From the NCBI RefSeq assembly GCF_009834535.1, contig NC_045697.1, positions 113,338,001 through 113,402,000 of the forward strand: a stretch of 64,000 bases of DNA, in the 5' to 3' direction. The notes under the pieces are model-generated. The model searched no databases. It was not told the DNA's origin and saw nothing but the letters and a program-made list of their open reading frames with translations. This stretch comes from Camelus ferus (taxonomy: Eukaryota). Below are positions 39,297-52,800 of this stretch, in pieces (the first letter of the stretch is position 1; every line of letters starts with the position of its first letter). The translations under genes were made by a program, and so were the position numbers.

Positions 39297-39589
39297 TTAA
39301 GGTGTTGCGTCTTGACGTCTGACTGGTACTAACCAATAAGGAAGGTGAAATTGGAGGTATTGGTGGGACGTATATGTCTTGTGTACACTTATTCTGAAGC
39401 TACTTCCCATCTTTATAGCTTTCATACTAATGTGGAGGTTCATGTTGAGAACAATCTCTGTGATTATGGTACAAAAATGAAAATTTTCTTCTTCTGCAGC
39501 CACCAAGGAGAATCTGAACATTGCCCACTGGTAGTCACCTCTCTTTGTTCCTCTAATAAAGAAAGGAGCCCTTCTTGCTGATAAAGGGC
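39297..39589 (-). other. candidate terminal exon of a hypothetical minus-strand gene model
   Basis: Acceptor tctgtctgtattttcttatattgactcag; open to TAA at 39297; AATAAA at 39188-39183. Confidence 0.2.
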
Positions 39590-40002
39590 CTGAGTCAATA
39601 TAAGAAAATACAGACAGACCAAGTTGGGTGGAAAGAAGGAAAGCAAACTGCAAATTAAGTAGTTGGATAAAGATTTTGAAGAAAGTTTGAAGAAGGATGT
39701 TGGAATAGCTGTAGAGAGTGAAGAAAATGTGTAGAAGTTGAAAGGGTATTTTTGTAAATGACAACATGAACTCTTTCTTTGGATGCCCTTAATATTCTTT
39801 TGTTTTAAACTACATTTTATCATTCACTTGAGTTTACTGAATGCAGCACAACCTCCAGACAAAAATGTGTGGATCTAAGGTGTATAATGATTGTAGCAGC
39901 GTGTGCTTGAAATCAAACAGCCATGAGAGCTTAGGTTAGAGAATTTTGCTATGGGATCCCTGACAGAGTATTACGTGAAATTGTCTCACTTGTCTTCCAC
40001 AG

Positions 40003-40111
40003 AATTGCAACACCAGTGCAGTGACCGTGGTGCCTGACCACCAAACCCAGGGTGATGGTAAAAGCAATCAAGTCTAGCAGAAGTGCTATCCATTTGGGGT
40101 CTGGCTTCAAG
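40003..40111 (+). other. candidate non-coding exon
   Basis: Acceptor ctcacttgtcttccacag and donor AAG|GTGAGA; stop codons in all three frames. Confidence 0.3.
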
Positions 40112-43100
40112 GTGAGAGAACTTTGTTCCTCCATTATGGTAAATATCGGTGAAGAATTCTTGAGCATGTGTAAGTTCCCTGGTAAATCCTAGTATCTGGA
40201 GGGAAACCTGGAAAATTGAAAATGATGCCAGTGATTTGAGGAGAATTTTCAAAGTTATTATAAACTGGGTATAAACATAAATAAGACCTAACCTTGTAGG
40301 TTTATGCTAGTGCCATGATCTATTAGTGATATTTCCCATGAGTGCCAGTATGTTTCATTACAGTTACGGCACACACCAAGATTATTTGGAATTCCTAGAG
40401 CATGAAATGCTCTGTTTTATGAGCTTTAAGCTAATAACATGTTAGAAGTTTGCTACTAAAAATAATGATTTGAGATTTGGAGCAAGTCATTCCTTGGGGT
40501 GGTAATTAATTTTATATCAGGGCAAGGCAAATTACAATCTTATTTTATAATGATAAAATCATGTTTACCTTTCTGCTCACTACAGAAAGTGGAAATAGGA
40601 CATTAATCCATCTCATAACCAAAAGGATATCAAATGATTATTATTTTTTATTTTATAATTTTTAAATTGAAGCATAACCAGTTTACAATGTGTTAATTTC
40701 AGTCATATATATATTCTTTTTGAAAATGATATCAAATTATAAAGTTGAAAAAGAAGGAAGTACAAACCTCACCCTACTTCACTCCTCTGGAAGCCACTCC
40801 TGACCTTAGCAAGTTCCAGGCTTCTCTGGAGAGCCTACTGGGCTGTTAACTTATTTATCAACCATGAGGGTCACTCAGTGGAGTTAGGAAGTATCTTCCT
40901 AGCTTAAGATTCTGGGAGTTAGTTGGAATATTGAGCCAACAAATTGAGTATGCTGTACACCAGAAACTAACACAACATTGTAAATCAACTATAGTTCAAT
41001 TAAAAACAAAGACATTGAGGAGATGTCTGGTGAGAGGTCATGCAAATCTAAAGGAGAAGAGCTGCAGTCCTGACTCATCTTCCTGAAACTAGAGGAATCT
41101 GGAGATGTAATCTTGGCAGCCTGCCAGGCAGAGTCTGAAGCTAGATTCATGATCATCGATTAGGATATAATTATGTACTGCTTCCTCCAAAAGAAGGCGG
41201 ATCAAATCAGAATTCCAACTGTGTCTCTCCCAGCCTCTTGCTCAAGTCTCCAAGCCAAGGATCCAAGAAATCTCTCACTACTTGTAATTACTTGGTAACT
41301 TGACCACCAGTGGCAAGACATTTTCCCATCCCAACCTTGCCTCACTCCTATGCACTACGGAGATACAGATGTGACGTAAAAACTACTATTACTCTCACTG
41401 TGGAAAGGCATGTGTGGTGATGTTTATGACTCTGAACCATAAGGAAGATTATTTAGGGAAAAACCGCACTTAGACAATATAATATTCTAAATCTAGGACT
41501 TCCAAGAGAAGCAGGGCATGAGTGGTTCACAATGTTTTTAAAAGATTAAAGACTCCTTTAGGAAGATGATGAAGGCACTAGACTCATCCCAACCTGGCCC
41601 AGAAAAAAAAAAACAGAAAACATTTTTGCATTAATTTTGGAGAATTCATGGATTCACTGAAATACAGTTAAATATCCCCAGTGACAAGAATCCAAGATTT
41701 AGTTTGGCAAGAAAAGATGAGTTCATGAATGACTGCAAATACTCTAGAGTAAAAACTTTAAATGACCTTTCTTACATCGATATGTATTACCTATGTGTGT
41801 TGAGAGATGTCATATTTTAACTCATAGATAGAACACTTGTAGAGCGTGAGAAGAATGTAAGTGAATGTTTACTTTCTGGTGATCTGTCTGGATAAACGTA
41901 TAGAATCTGGAAGGTGTAATTAAGAGGCTGCTTAGACGTTCTCTGTGTTATGAAATGTCTCAAGCCAGCCTTAGACAAGTGTTGGCCAGCAATCAGCTCA
42001 ACCAGCTCAATGACTTGTGAGCTTTAGGTTAAGGAGCAGTGGACCCACGTGACGGAGAGAGAAGCCAACAGTCTCCTGTTCCCCTTTCCGTTCTTCCCTC
42101 TTTGTCCTTCATCCCCTTTAACCATGAAGATTAGCCCAAATGATAGGCTGAGTGTCAATATTCATTCTCATTTCATTTCACTGTTGCTCTGTTACATACT
42201 GGAATTAGGCTTACACTCAAGGTGGTATTTTATAGCACTCATGGCAGGATACTTAGAACCTGACCAACAATAAACCAATAGGAATACTTGTGTTTAATTT
42301 GATAAATTTGATAATCAATTACATAAGTGTCCCCCTCTCCTAATGTCAGGGCACTTTCTCTTTGTTTCATGTATTTTTGTTTTTGATACTTTCATGATAA
42401 TTTTCTAATCAATCACCTCACTTTGCAATATTCAAATGACAAATATAAAATTTTCTCCTAATTTGAGAGCAGACAGACACGGTGTCCTCTTTCTTCTTAT
42501 ATTGATAATGTACACTACTTGGAAAGACCTAAATAAATGTTTGTTAAATTATTGGGACTTCTACATCTGAAGAAACTGGAAATCAGAGAGATTATGGAAG
42601 TCCGTCAAGGTAATTCATCTACTTCATAATGGAATACAAATTACAAATTTGTCTATTGAGTTAAAAATAATCCTTTTCCATTAATGGCGACATTCTGCTG
42701 CATTTTGCATGACCACCTAAAACCTACAGTATAAATAGGATCCAAGGAAGTCTTTCTGTAGGGAACCTCAAGCTCTTGGATTCTGCTGAAGTTCTTTTGG
42801 CAATTTCAACACTCATAACAGAAGCAATGACAATAAAACAATCTCACTAATATTCATGGGCACGCCTATGACCAAGTTCAGGATATCTACCAAGATATCC
42901 CATTCTTCACTATAGTTGTCATCCACATCCAGAGATTTATCAAACTGTACAACCAGCAGCTGGAATTATGCTAATTTGTGGGAAAATTTGTTCTCTCTCC
43001 TGTCTTCTTTATCTGGTTATAGTATTCGGTTGGCTTGTTGGAATAAAACTACCTCAGAGCTCCTTCCTGCTCACATTTTTCTTATCACTTACATGCAAGA

Positions 43101-43274
43101 TACATGCCAGGCACAGATTCTTCATGAATAAGTCCAGTCTATTACAGCATGACACCCTAATTAGCATGAAATGAGTGCATGAGGCACTTGTATACAAATG
43201 AACATGCTAATAGTTTGACTATAGTTTTATTATTGTTCCTCCCTCCCTCCCTCTCCCCAAACCCCTGGAAACCA

Positions 43275-43483
43275 CGATCTTTGTATTATTTCTGTAGCTG
43301 TCAGCACTAGGATCTTTAGGCTGGATAAGCCTTTGCTGCAGGCTGTCCTGTGCACTGTAGGGTATTTAGCAGTGGCTAGATATCAGTAGCATCTCCCCAC
43401 CCAGTTGTGACAACTAAACTGTCACCAAACAGTGCCAAATGTCCTCCAGGGGCAAAAATCTCCTCTAGTTGAGAACCACTGCT
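43275..43483. mobile_element. MER20 hAT-Charlie element
   Basis: ggctgtcctgtgcactgtagg..cccagttgtgacaac..tgccaaatgtcc..gttgagaaccactg. Confidence 0.9.
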
Positions 43484-43799
43484 CTAGATTCTGATTCTCT
43501 GACACCCTTGGCTGGGATCATGTGATTAGAAATCCTGCTACTGAATGGTGAAATGTGGATTTCAATCAACCCAACTGCTCCAATCCTTGAAAAATTTAGA
43601 AAACATAGTTTAAAATATATATTAAAATGCACAATATTATTAGCAATCAAGAACACGAAGAAAAACAGTTCCACGTGGATTACTTAATCTTGCGGCCCAT
43701 GTGGAGCTCAACATGAAAAACAGCTATGATCAGTAACAGCCATTGGCACGCTGCCTTAAGTGCTTGGTGGTCGTCTTTGTTCACTGGATCATTACTTAC

Positions 43800-43977
43800 C
43801 ACCTGGCATGTTGTACCTGAGGCTGCTAACTGGGAAAGCGCTACAAACGGCTTTCATAGCTTTAAGATGTGCACCCGGTGAGCTTTTACTTTCTTGTTCA
43901 CACAAAGAAGAACCTGCGTGAGTTCTAAGATGTAAGAATGGTTTTTCCTCTTCACACAATACATGTACCAACACCCT
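43800..43977 (-). other. candidate internal exon of a hypothetical minus-strand gene model
   Basis: Acceptor ..cctatttgcaccaacag and consensus GTAAGT donor at 43799-43794; 178 nt, open in one frame. Confidence 0.25.
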
Positions 43978-44559
43978 CTGTTGGTGCAAATAGGCCCGGT
44001 GGAGATGGAACGTAATTTGGCATCATGTTAAGTGCTACAGTTTCGAGAACAGGACAAACCCTAAGCCTGGGAGACACTGAATCTGGGAGGGCTTCCTTCT
44101 CAACCAGCAAGTGCACGAATGCTGGCCAGTGGTAGGTCCACTCATTTACAGTGTGTTGATCCTAGACACACAGCATCCAAGTACTGTTTGCCCTAAAATG
44201 ACTTATCCTCTAGACAGGGAGAAATGACTTAACTTTGTGAAAAGGTAAGTTACAAAGCAGAACAATGATATGAGGATATTCGGCAAGTATTAGCGGGAAT
44301 GGGGAGAGGGTATTTGGACGGGACTCTGGCGTCTTGGGTCGAAGGTCAGTGGGCCATAAAGCAATGTATCAATATAGGAACATTTTTTCTGGGATACAGG
44401 ACTTACAAAATGGGCAATAGATGATGCTAACTTGTCTTTAGAATGCATCTTAGAAGACTGGAGAAAGTGTTAGCCTAGCCAAATAAAGTAAAAATGTGAG
44501 AATGACTACAAGACAGTAAGAAAGAAAGGTCAAAAAGCTTAGATAAGTGCACATGCCAA

Positions 44560-46395
44560 CATGGGTATTATGTGAGGCTGGAGACCCTCTGGGGGTTCCT
44601 GGGGGAAGAACCGAGGATGTTCTCCTTCTCACAGCAAAGGGAATAGCCTGATGTGGGTGGGGAGGAGGTCAGAATCATTGGGAAACTCAGTTGTAGCCAT
44701 CATATGTAGCCAGGGCTGATGGTAAGAGATGCTATCAATGAAGTTGGTTCACTGATAGCAAAAGCAAGGATAGGATTCTGAAATAATAGGGGCAGGGAGA
44801 AGTCAGGCAGGTACAATTATCATACTGAGTGCTGAGATCTCAGTGGTAGCCAGGGAGGCCTGACCCACAGACACCTCTGGAGGTAATTAATAGTATATGG
44901 TGTCTCTAGGGACCAGATAGATTGCCTGTCAGCCAACAAGGGTATTCCTCCATCTATTTAACCAGAAAAGATCGATGATGTATGATTAGGAGATTGAGTG
45001 TAGGCATCCCAATTAAGAAATCATGATTCATTGCTTAATTTTTGTACCTGATAGTTGGTCTATTTTAAAGGGGAGGAAAATGAAATCGTTGCTGTGAAAT
45101 TTTAGTTGCATGTGATATCATAAGAAAAGCAAGCAGAGCGGTGGAGAAATTATAGACAATTTTCATAAGAGGAACTTGCTAACTCCCTCCCAGATTCCAG
45201 GAGGGAACCCAGAGTGCTACAGCAGGTCTACAGAGTAATGATCGCTTTCATCTTCCCCAAAGGCAATAACATCCATTTACTCTTGAAGCCATATGCTGGG
45301 GAAAAGAAAATGACTTACAACTTTTAATATTGGTTTAAGTGTCTAAAAGACCACTGCTACTCAGAGATGTGACTTACCATTTTGGGCTCTTTCTTATAGT
45401 GGAGTCACATGACATCTAGGTCACAGTGGATCTGCTGTCACTGGGTCCGTGGACCCATCCAGTGGTCACATCCTCAGTCTCAAACTGTATAATTGGAACA
45501 GGGATTTTTTTTGTAGTTGACGTAACATCCTCACCGTTGATTTCCTGGTTGGTAATGTTACCAGGAAAAGGGAAATAAGAAGTACCTCGGCTCTTAGTCA
45601 TGCCAAAAAAAGAATTTTTAACAAGTGACAGAAAACATGATATAAGCACGATTTTTATTAGTAAAGTAAAAAGGCAGTAAAAGATAGTACACTCCCAAAA
45701 ATTGGGAGCGGGCCACTCCAAGAGAGGAAAAATGGTGCCGTTCCTTTGTTTTCTGTCTTACATCCTAGCTTAGTGGTGTTTTCATGACTGATTGATTAAT
45801 GGCTCAGGTTCTTTGAGTGCTCAGGCTGATTGACAGCTCAGCTTCCTTGTGCTCTGGCACGCCCGTCCCCTTTTGGGCAGGCTCTTCACCCAGAGAAACC
45901 TATGGGAGGGGGCTCACACTGTAATGTCAATTACACTCTAATGAGCATTGGGTCAAGTTACACCGGGTCCTTCTCTTATGAGCAGCTGCAGCGTTTTGAT
46001 TTTAGCTGGCTTCTTTTGCTGGCCCTCATTCAGAGAAAGTAAAAGTTTCTGGAGCCCCTTATCCTGTGTGCAGATGTACTGTTATTTTCTAGGTTGTTCC
46101 TTTCCCCTTCCTCTCCCCCTGCCCAGTGCGCATTTCTATCTAACTGCCTAATAGTAACACAATGGATTTTGGACTAGAATATTAAAGTGACGTTTTTAAA
46201 ATTACCACCTCCTTCCCTCTCCCACTCATACAGCCAAGTTAGTAAATCTAGAACAATGCCACATTTAGAGGGCAGTGACAGAGATTAGTTCCTGAAGGAC
46301 CCAAAAGATGGACGGGAGGTAGCCCCATCATGTCTTCAATTAATTCACCTTTCTAGCCCTGAAAAACCAGATGGATGTGGGAAGATGACACTGAG
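44560..46395 (+). mobile_element. ERVL-type internal region (decayed gag-pro-pol)
   Basis: Degenerate peptides LWR*LIVYGVSRDQID..QPTRVFLHLFNQK (gag), GPWTHPVVTSSVSNCIIG (protease) and INSPF..KPDGCGKMT (RT start) resemble ERVL proteins. Confidence 0.8.
45556..46153 (-). mobile_element. ERV1-type solo LTR related to family B, nested in ERVL
   Basis: tgttacc..cctaata termini with perfect TSD gtaa (45552-45555 / 46154-46157). Confidence 0.88.
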
Positions 46396-46432
46396 CCAGT
46401 TTCAGCTGGGCTCGCTGTGGCCAAGGGGTAGA

Positions 46433-46650
46433 CAGTAAGAAGTGCCCCCTTATCCACAGGGGATAAATTCCAAGGCCCCAGTGGATACCTGAAACCATGG
46501 GTAGTGGGTCTGAACCCTCTATATACTATTCTTTCTCCTATGCATCTATACCTGTGATAAAGTTTAATTTATAAATTAGGCACAGTAAGAGATTAACAAC
46601 AATAACCAATAATAAAATAGAACAATTATGATAAAATACTATAGTAAAAT
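46433..46650. mobile_element. MER44/Tigger7-like fragment
   Basis: cccccttatccacaggggata..ttccaaggccccagtggatacctgaaacc..aaattaggcacagtaagagattaacaac. Confidence 0.85.
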
Positions 46651-48389
46651 TTAGGGGGTTCAGGTCCACAGTTCCCACTATGTAGTTTTTAGGGGTCTAA
46701 TTCAAGACATCACCTTGCTTAGCTTGTTTTTCTTTTTCCCTGTAAAGTGAGGTGTTTGGCCGAAAGGGTCTGTAATGTCTGATTTGATTGAAAAAGAGTT
46801 TTCAGTGATATATTACAATTCTGTGGGATCAAAGATCCATACTTGTAATGCTATTATTGTGCCTTGATTCTACGCTTCTATAGATTTTTCAGCCAGGTCC
46901 CATTCTTTGTACTGACATTGCGATCTGGAAGTGGGAAGGAATAATGGACGTCACTGCATCAGCATGGCTCTGTGTAGTACAATACTCCTCTCTTGCACCC
47001 AAATCAACTTTATTCTTTCTCCCTATAATCAGATGCTCCCTACCAACACTTAAGAGAAACTGTTTCGACCCCTGACTTTACATTGAAGTCAGAATTCCTC
47101 TTGGTATGTTTACTGTTTCCATTCCTTGTGGACAATAGTGACTGATTTTTGGAAAGTAATGCAAGCTACTTACCTCTCTTTCCTAGTTCACTGGGTACCA
47201 ACTCACATATCAATCAAACTGTCTGGAGATTTTCTTTTTCTTTTTGCTTTATTCTTCAGTATCAGTTCTATCTGAGTCACATTTGCATATCTAGACTATC
47301 AGAAATAGAAACTTAGGCACTTTCTAGTGCAAATTGCAATGCTTTTAGCAACCAATCAATCACTTTAGTCCTGTGATTTGTAGAACTGACTTCCTGATAA
47401 GCTCTTAGCTAAATGAAATCAATGTCCCTTTAAGGTCTGTTCAGTGCAAGACCCTCGGATATTTGCACACGCAAAAAAAGTAAAATGAGGAAAGCAATTT
47501 GTCCTGTATCTTTTTTTTTTATAATTTAAAGAAAAATGCAAACTATATGTGCCAAATCTCAGCTCCAGAAAGTCACTAGTATGCTACTATGTATGGTTTA
47601 AAGGGTCAATTAAATGGACATGGGACTTTACTCCAAATAAAATGTCTTTTCTTAGGAGGGGAGGAAAGAAGAAACACATAGATCACTATGTGTGTCAGTT
47701 CTAAGAGCAAAACCAAAGAGAGGAATTATGCACTGATTTATTTAGTGATCTAAAAATCTCCTCAAACAGCTCTGAGGGTAAAAACGAAGGAACTGCATGT
47801 TACTTTGAATCAAGTACAGGAATTAATTATCCGTTAAGTATATGAGTGTAGTACCAAAAGAATAGAAGGGAAATAGAGTTGTTGAATAGTAAAGGATGCA
47901 ACCACAGAATCCTTCAGAAACAGGGGCAAGCAATATGACTCACCATCGTCAGCTTTTCTGCATCTTCTTTTAATGATGCCTCAGAGAGAGACACATCTAC
48001 AACTCAAGAAAAAGAGCACTTCCTGTCAGTTTGCTTATTTCTCTAATATAGTTTACGACATGTTGCATAATTATTATTTACCTGCCTTTCTGCCTCTGCT
48101 TCACATTTATTCTTTATGCTTGGCATTTAATAAGTTCTAAAAAAATTGTAAATGAATGACTTAATAAATGAATGGGTAAGGAAAATAAACATGTGTGCCC
48201 CATTGGTGATAAAATTCTATTTTTCTCAATCTTCTGTGTGCTCCAGAAAGGCCTGAATTTCTTGCCCATGAAAAGAATAACTTTATAAGAATTTAACTTA
48301 CAGGTTGAGTATAGGTAACCCAGGAGGTATTCAGCCACAGAAGGATTTTTTTTTTCCTTTCAGATTGCTTTTCTTTTCTTTCTCTCTCT

Positions 48390-51300
48390 CTCTCTTTTTT
48401 TTAAATTACATAAGTTTCAGGTGAACAGCATTATAATTTCATATCTGTATACACTACAATGTGACCACTACCACAAGCCATCCATCACCATACATTTAGC
48501 CCTTCTCCCGTTTTGTCCACTCCCAACCCTGTTCAACTCTGGTAACCACTATTCTGATCTCTGTGTCTATGAGTTTGTTTTATTTTGCTTGTTTGTTTGA
48601 TTTGCTTTTTAGATTTCACATATGAGTGAAATCATATGGTATTTGTCTTTCTCCATCTGACTTATTTCACTTAGCATAATGCCCTCAATGTCCATCCACA
48701 TTGTCGCAAATGGCAGGATCTCATTCTTTTTTATGTCTAAATAGAAATCCATTATATATATAGATTATATATATATAATCTTTTAAATCATTTATCCCTT
48801 GATGGATGCTTAGGTGATTTCCATAACTTTTTATTGTAAATAATGTTGCAATGAACATTGAGGGGCAGTGCATGTATCTTTTCAAATTAGTGCTTTCATG
48901 TTCTTCAGATAAATATCCATAAGTAGAGTAGCTGGGTCTTATGGTAATTATATTCTTAATTTTTTGAGGAATCTTTCTACTCTGGCTGCACCAATTTATT
49001 GTCCCACCAACAGGATACAAGGGTTCTCTTTCTCCACACATCCTTTACAACATTTGTTATTTCTGATCTTTTTGATGATAGCCATTCTGACATGTATGAA
49101 GTGATATCTCATTGTGCTTTTGATTTGCATTTCTCTGATGGTTAGTGATGTTGAGCATTTTTTCATGTGTCTGTTGGCCATCTGTATGTCTTCGTTGGAA
49201 AAATGTCTATCCAGATTCTCTGTTCATTTTTTAATTGAGTTGTTTGTGAGGTTTTTTTTTTTTTTTGATATTGCGTTGTATGAGCTCTTTATATATTTTG
49301 TATATTAACCCCATATCACACATGTTATTTGCAATTATCTTCTCCCGTTCAGTGGATTGTCTTATCATTTTGTTGATGTTTTACTTCACTGTGAAAAATG
49401 TTTGAAGTTTGATTAAGTCTCATTTGTTTGTTTTTGCTTTTGTTTCCTTTGCCTGAGGAGACAGATCCAAAAAAACTGTTTCTAAGAATTATGTCAAAAA
49501 GCGTACTGCCAATCTTCTCTTCTAGGAGTTTTATGGTTTCCAATCTTACATTTAGACCTATAATCTGAGTTAATTTTTGTATACAGTGTAAGATTGTGGT
49601 CTAGTCTAATTCTTTTGCATGTAACTGTTCAGTTTCCCTAACATCATTTATTGAATAGACCATTCTTCCTCTATTGGATTTTTTTTGCTCCTTTGTCAAA
49701 GATTAATTGTCTGTATATGTGCTGATTTATTTCTAGGCTCTCAACTCTGTTCCATTGATCTGTGTGTCAGTTTTTGTGCCAGCACCATACTGTTTTGATT
49801 ACTGTAGCTTTGTAGTATAGTTTGAAATCAGGGATTGTGATACTTTCAGCTTTAGTCTTCTTTCTCAAGATTGTTTTGGCTATTTAGGATATTTCGTGGT
49901 TCCATAGAAATTTTAGAATTATTTGTTCTAGTTCTGTGAAACATGCCATTAGAATTTTGATAGGGATTGCATTGAATCTGTAGAATGTTTTGGGTAGTAG
50001 GGATATTTTAACAATACTAATTATTCCTACACATGAACATGGAATATCTTTTCACTTATCTGTGTCTTCTTCAGTTTCTTTCATAAGTGCCTTACAGTTT
50101 TTGTGTAGAAGTCTTTCACTTCCTTAGTTAAATTTACTCCTAAGTATTTTATTCTTTCTGATGAAATTGTAAATGGGATTGTTTTCTTATTTCTCTGATA
50201 GTTTATTATTAGTGTATAGAAGTGCCATAGTTTTCAGTGTATTGGTTTTCTATCCTGCAAACATATTTAATTCATTTATTAATTCTAACAGTTTTTGTTG
50301 TGGACTCTTGAAGGTTTTCTATATATAAAATCTATCACCTACAAACAATGATAATTTTACTTCTTCCTTTACAATTTGAATTTATTTTATTTCTTTTTCT
50401 TGTCTTATTGCTGTGGCTAGGAATTCCCATACTATGTCCAATGACAATGACAAGAATGGGCATCCTTGTTTTGTGCCCAATCTTAGAGGAAAAGCTTTCA
50501 GCTTTTCACCTTTGGGTATCATGTTAGCTGTGTATTTGCCATATATGGCCTTTATTATGTGAAGGTATGTTCCCTCTATACCTACTATGTTGAGAGCTTT
50601 TAAAATTATAAATGGATGTCGAATTTTTTCAAGTGCTTTTTCTGCATCTATTGAGATGATTATATGATTTTTATTCTCATTTTGTTAATGTGATATATCA
50701 CATTGACTGATTTGCTGATGTTGAATCATCCTTCAGTTTCTGAAATAAATACCATCTGATCGTGGTGAATGATTTTTTTCAAGTATTATTGGATTTGAAC
50801 TGCTAATGTTTTGTTAAAGATTTTTTTTTGTGTGGTGTCCTTATCTAGTTTTGGTATCAGAGTAATGCTGGCTTCATAAAATGAGTTTGGGAAGTCTTCC
50901 CCTCTTCAGATTTTTGGAAGAGTTTGAGGATAGGTATTAAATCTTCTTTGAATGTTTCATAGAATTCAGCAATGAAGCCATCTGGTCCTGGGCTATTGTT
51001 TGATGGAAGATTTTAATAACTGTTTCAATCTCCTTAATATTAATCAGTCTACTCAGATTCTTTATTTCTTTATGGTTCAATCTTAGGAGATTGAATGTGT
51101 CTAGGACTTTATCCATTTCTTCTAAGTTGTCCAATTTATTGTTGTATAATTGTTCACAATAGTCTCTTATGATCTTTGTATTTCTGTGATGTTAATTGTA
51201 ACTTCTCTTCATCTCTGATTTTATTTATTTGAGCTCACTTTATTTTTTTCTTGGTTAATCTTGCTAAAGTTTAGTTGATTTTTTTTTCAAGCAATTGGCT

Positions 51301-51422
51301 CCTAGTTTCATTGACATTTTCTTTCTTTCTTCCTTCCTTCCTTCCTTCCTTCCTTCCTTCCTTCCTTCCCTCCTTCCTTTCTCTCTCTCTTCCCTTCTCT
51401 TCCCTCCTTCCTTCCTTCCTTC

Positions 51423-51467
<45 letters not shown>

Positions 51468-51985
51468 TTTCTCTCTCTCTCTCTTTCTTCTTCTCTCTGT
51501 CTCTCTCTCTTTTTTCTTCTCTTCTTCTCTCTCTCTTTCTTCTCTCTTTCTCTTCTTTCTCTCTCTTTTCTTTCTTCTTTCTTCTTTCTTTCTTCTTTCT
51601 TTTCTTTCTTTCTTTCTTTCCTTCCTTCCTTCCTTCCTTCTTCCTTCCTTCCTCTCCTTCCTCTTCCTTCCTTCCTTCTTTCTTTCTTTCTTTTTTCTTC
51701 TTTCTTTCTTTCTTTCTTTCTTCTTCTTTCTTTCTTTCTTTCTTTCTTTCTTTCCTTCTTTCTTTCCTTCTTTCTTTCATCTCTATTCTATTTATTTCCT
51801 CTCTGATCTTTATTATTTTCTCCCTTCTACTAATTCTGGGCTTTGTTTGTTCTTCTTCTTCTAGTTCCTTTAGGTATAAAGTAAAGTTATATTGTTTATT
51901 TGGGATTTTTCTTGTTTCATGAGATAGGCCTGTATTGCTATGAAGTTTCCTCTTAGAAACACTTTTGCTTCATCCCACAGATTTT
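48390..51985 (-). mobile_element. 5'-truncated L1 (about 3.6 kb; ORF2 and 3' UTR, disrupted)
   Basis: ORF2 peptides [38 protein letters not shown] and DNLEEMDKVLDTFNLLRLN; poly-T at the left end. Confidence 0.95.
51320..51778. repeat. compound (TTCC)n/(TTTC)n/(TC)n polypyrimidine microsatellite
   Basis: About 460 bp of almost pure C/T inside the L1. Confidence 0.97.
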
Positions 51986-52800
51986 GTAAGATATGGAATA
52001 TTGTTCTCTGTGGCATGGAGTAAATTCCTGTTGATTATCTATTTTATATCTAGTCAAGTGCATATCTGTTAATCCTATACTCCTAATTTATTTCTACCCT
52101 CCCCTCACTTTCCCTTTTGGTAACAATAAGTTTGTTTTTTATATCTGAGTCTGTTTCAGTTTTGTAAATAGACTCACTTGTATTACTTTTTAGATTCCGC
52201 ATATAAGTGATATTATATGATACATATATATATTATATGTAGTGGAATTGCTGGATCATATGGTAGCTCTGTTTTTATGTTTTTTAAGTAACCTCCATAC
52301 AGTTTTCCATAGTCTACACCAAGTTACATTCCCACCAACAGTATGGGAGGGTTCCCATTTCTCCACATTCACTCCAGCACTTATCATTTGTAGACTTTTT
52401 TGCTAATAGCTATTCTGACTGGTGCAAGCCTTTTTTTTTTAAAGGCTGAAGTAATATTACATATATAGACTATATTGTAGTGTAAACATAACTTTAACAT
52501 GCACTGGGAAACCAAAAAAATTCATGTGACTCACTTTATTGTGACATTGACTTTATTGCTGTGATCTAGAACTGAACCTGAAATATCTCCAAAATATGCC
52601 TTTAAATATACCACAATTTTTGGTCCGTTCATCCATTGACAGACACTTAGGTATTTACATACCTTGGCTATTCTGAATAATGCTTCAGTTTTCATGGAAG
52701 TGCAGATATCTCTTTGAGATAGTAATTCCATTTCCTTTGGATATATACTCAGAAGTGGGATTGCTAGATCATATAGGGGTTCTATTTTTATTTTTTTCAT
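51986..52800 (-). mobile_element. L1 3'-end fragments with a Tigger1 terminal fragment at about 52462-52600
   Basis: L1 3' UTR/ORF2-end motifs plus Tigger1 end tgcactgggaaaccaaaaaaattcatgtgactcactttattg. Confidence 0.8.

Noticed and set aside
39297..39823. Non-retroviral endogenous viral element in the 119-156 aa ORFs
   Set aside because: No viral motifs recognised, and the 5' part is a pyrimidine-rich tract; a BLASTX would settle it.
43855..43975. BTB-like peptide LTQVLLCVNKKVKAHRVHIL in an alternative minus frame
   Set aside because: Short resemblance only; a stop follows immediately and no further BTB sequence is present.
48721..51134. L1 ORF2-like ORFs as a functional retrotransposon
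   Set aside because: 5'-truncated with many stops and frameshifts; inactive.
51271..51922. Longest ORFs in the track (169-215 aa; K/E/R-rich or F/L/S-rich)
   Set aside because: Translations of the TTTC/TTCC microsatellite; not genes.
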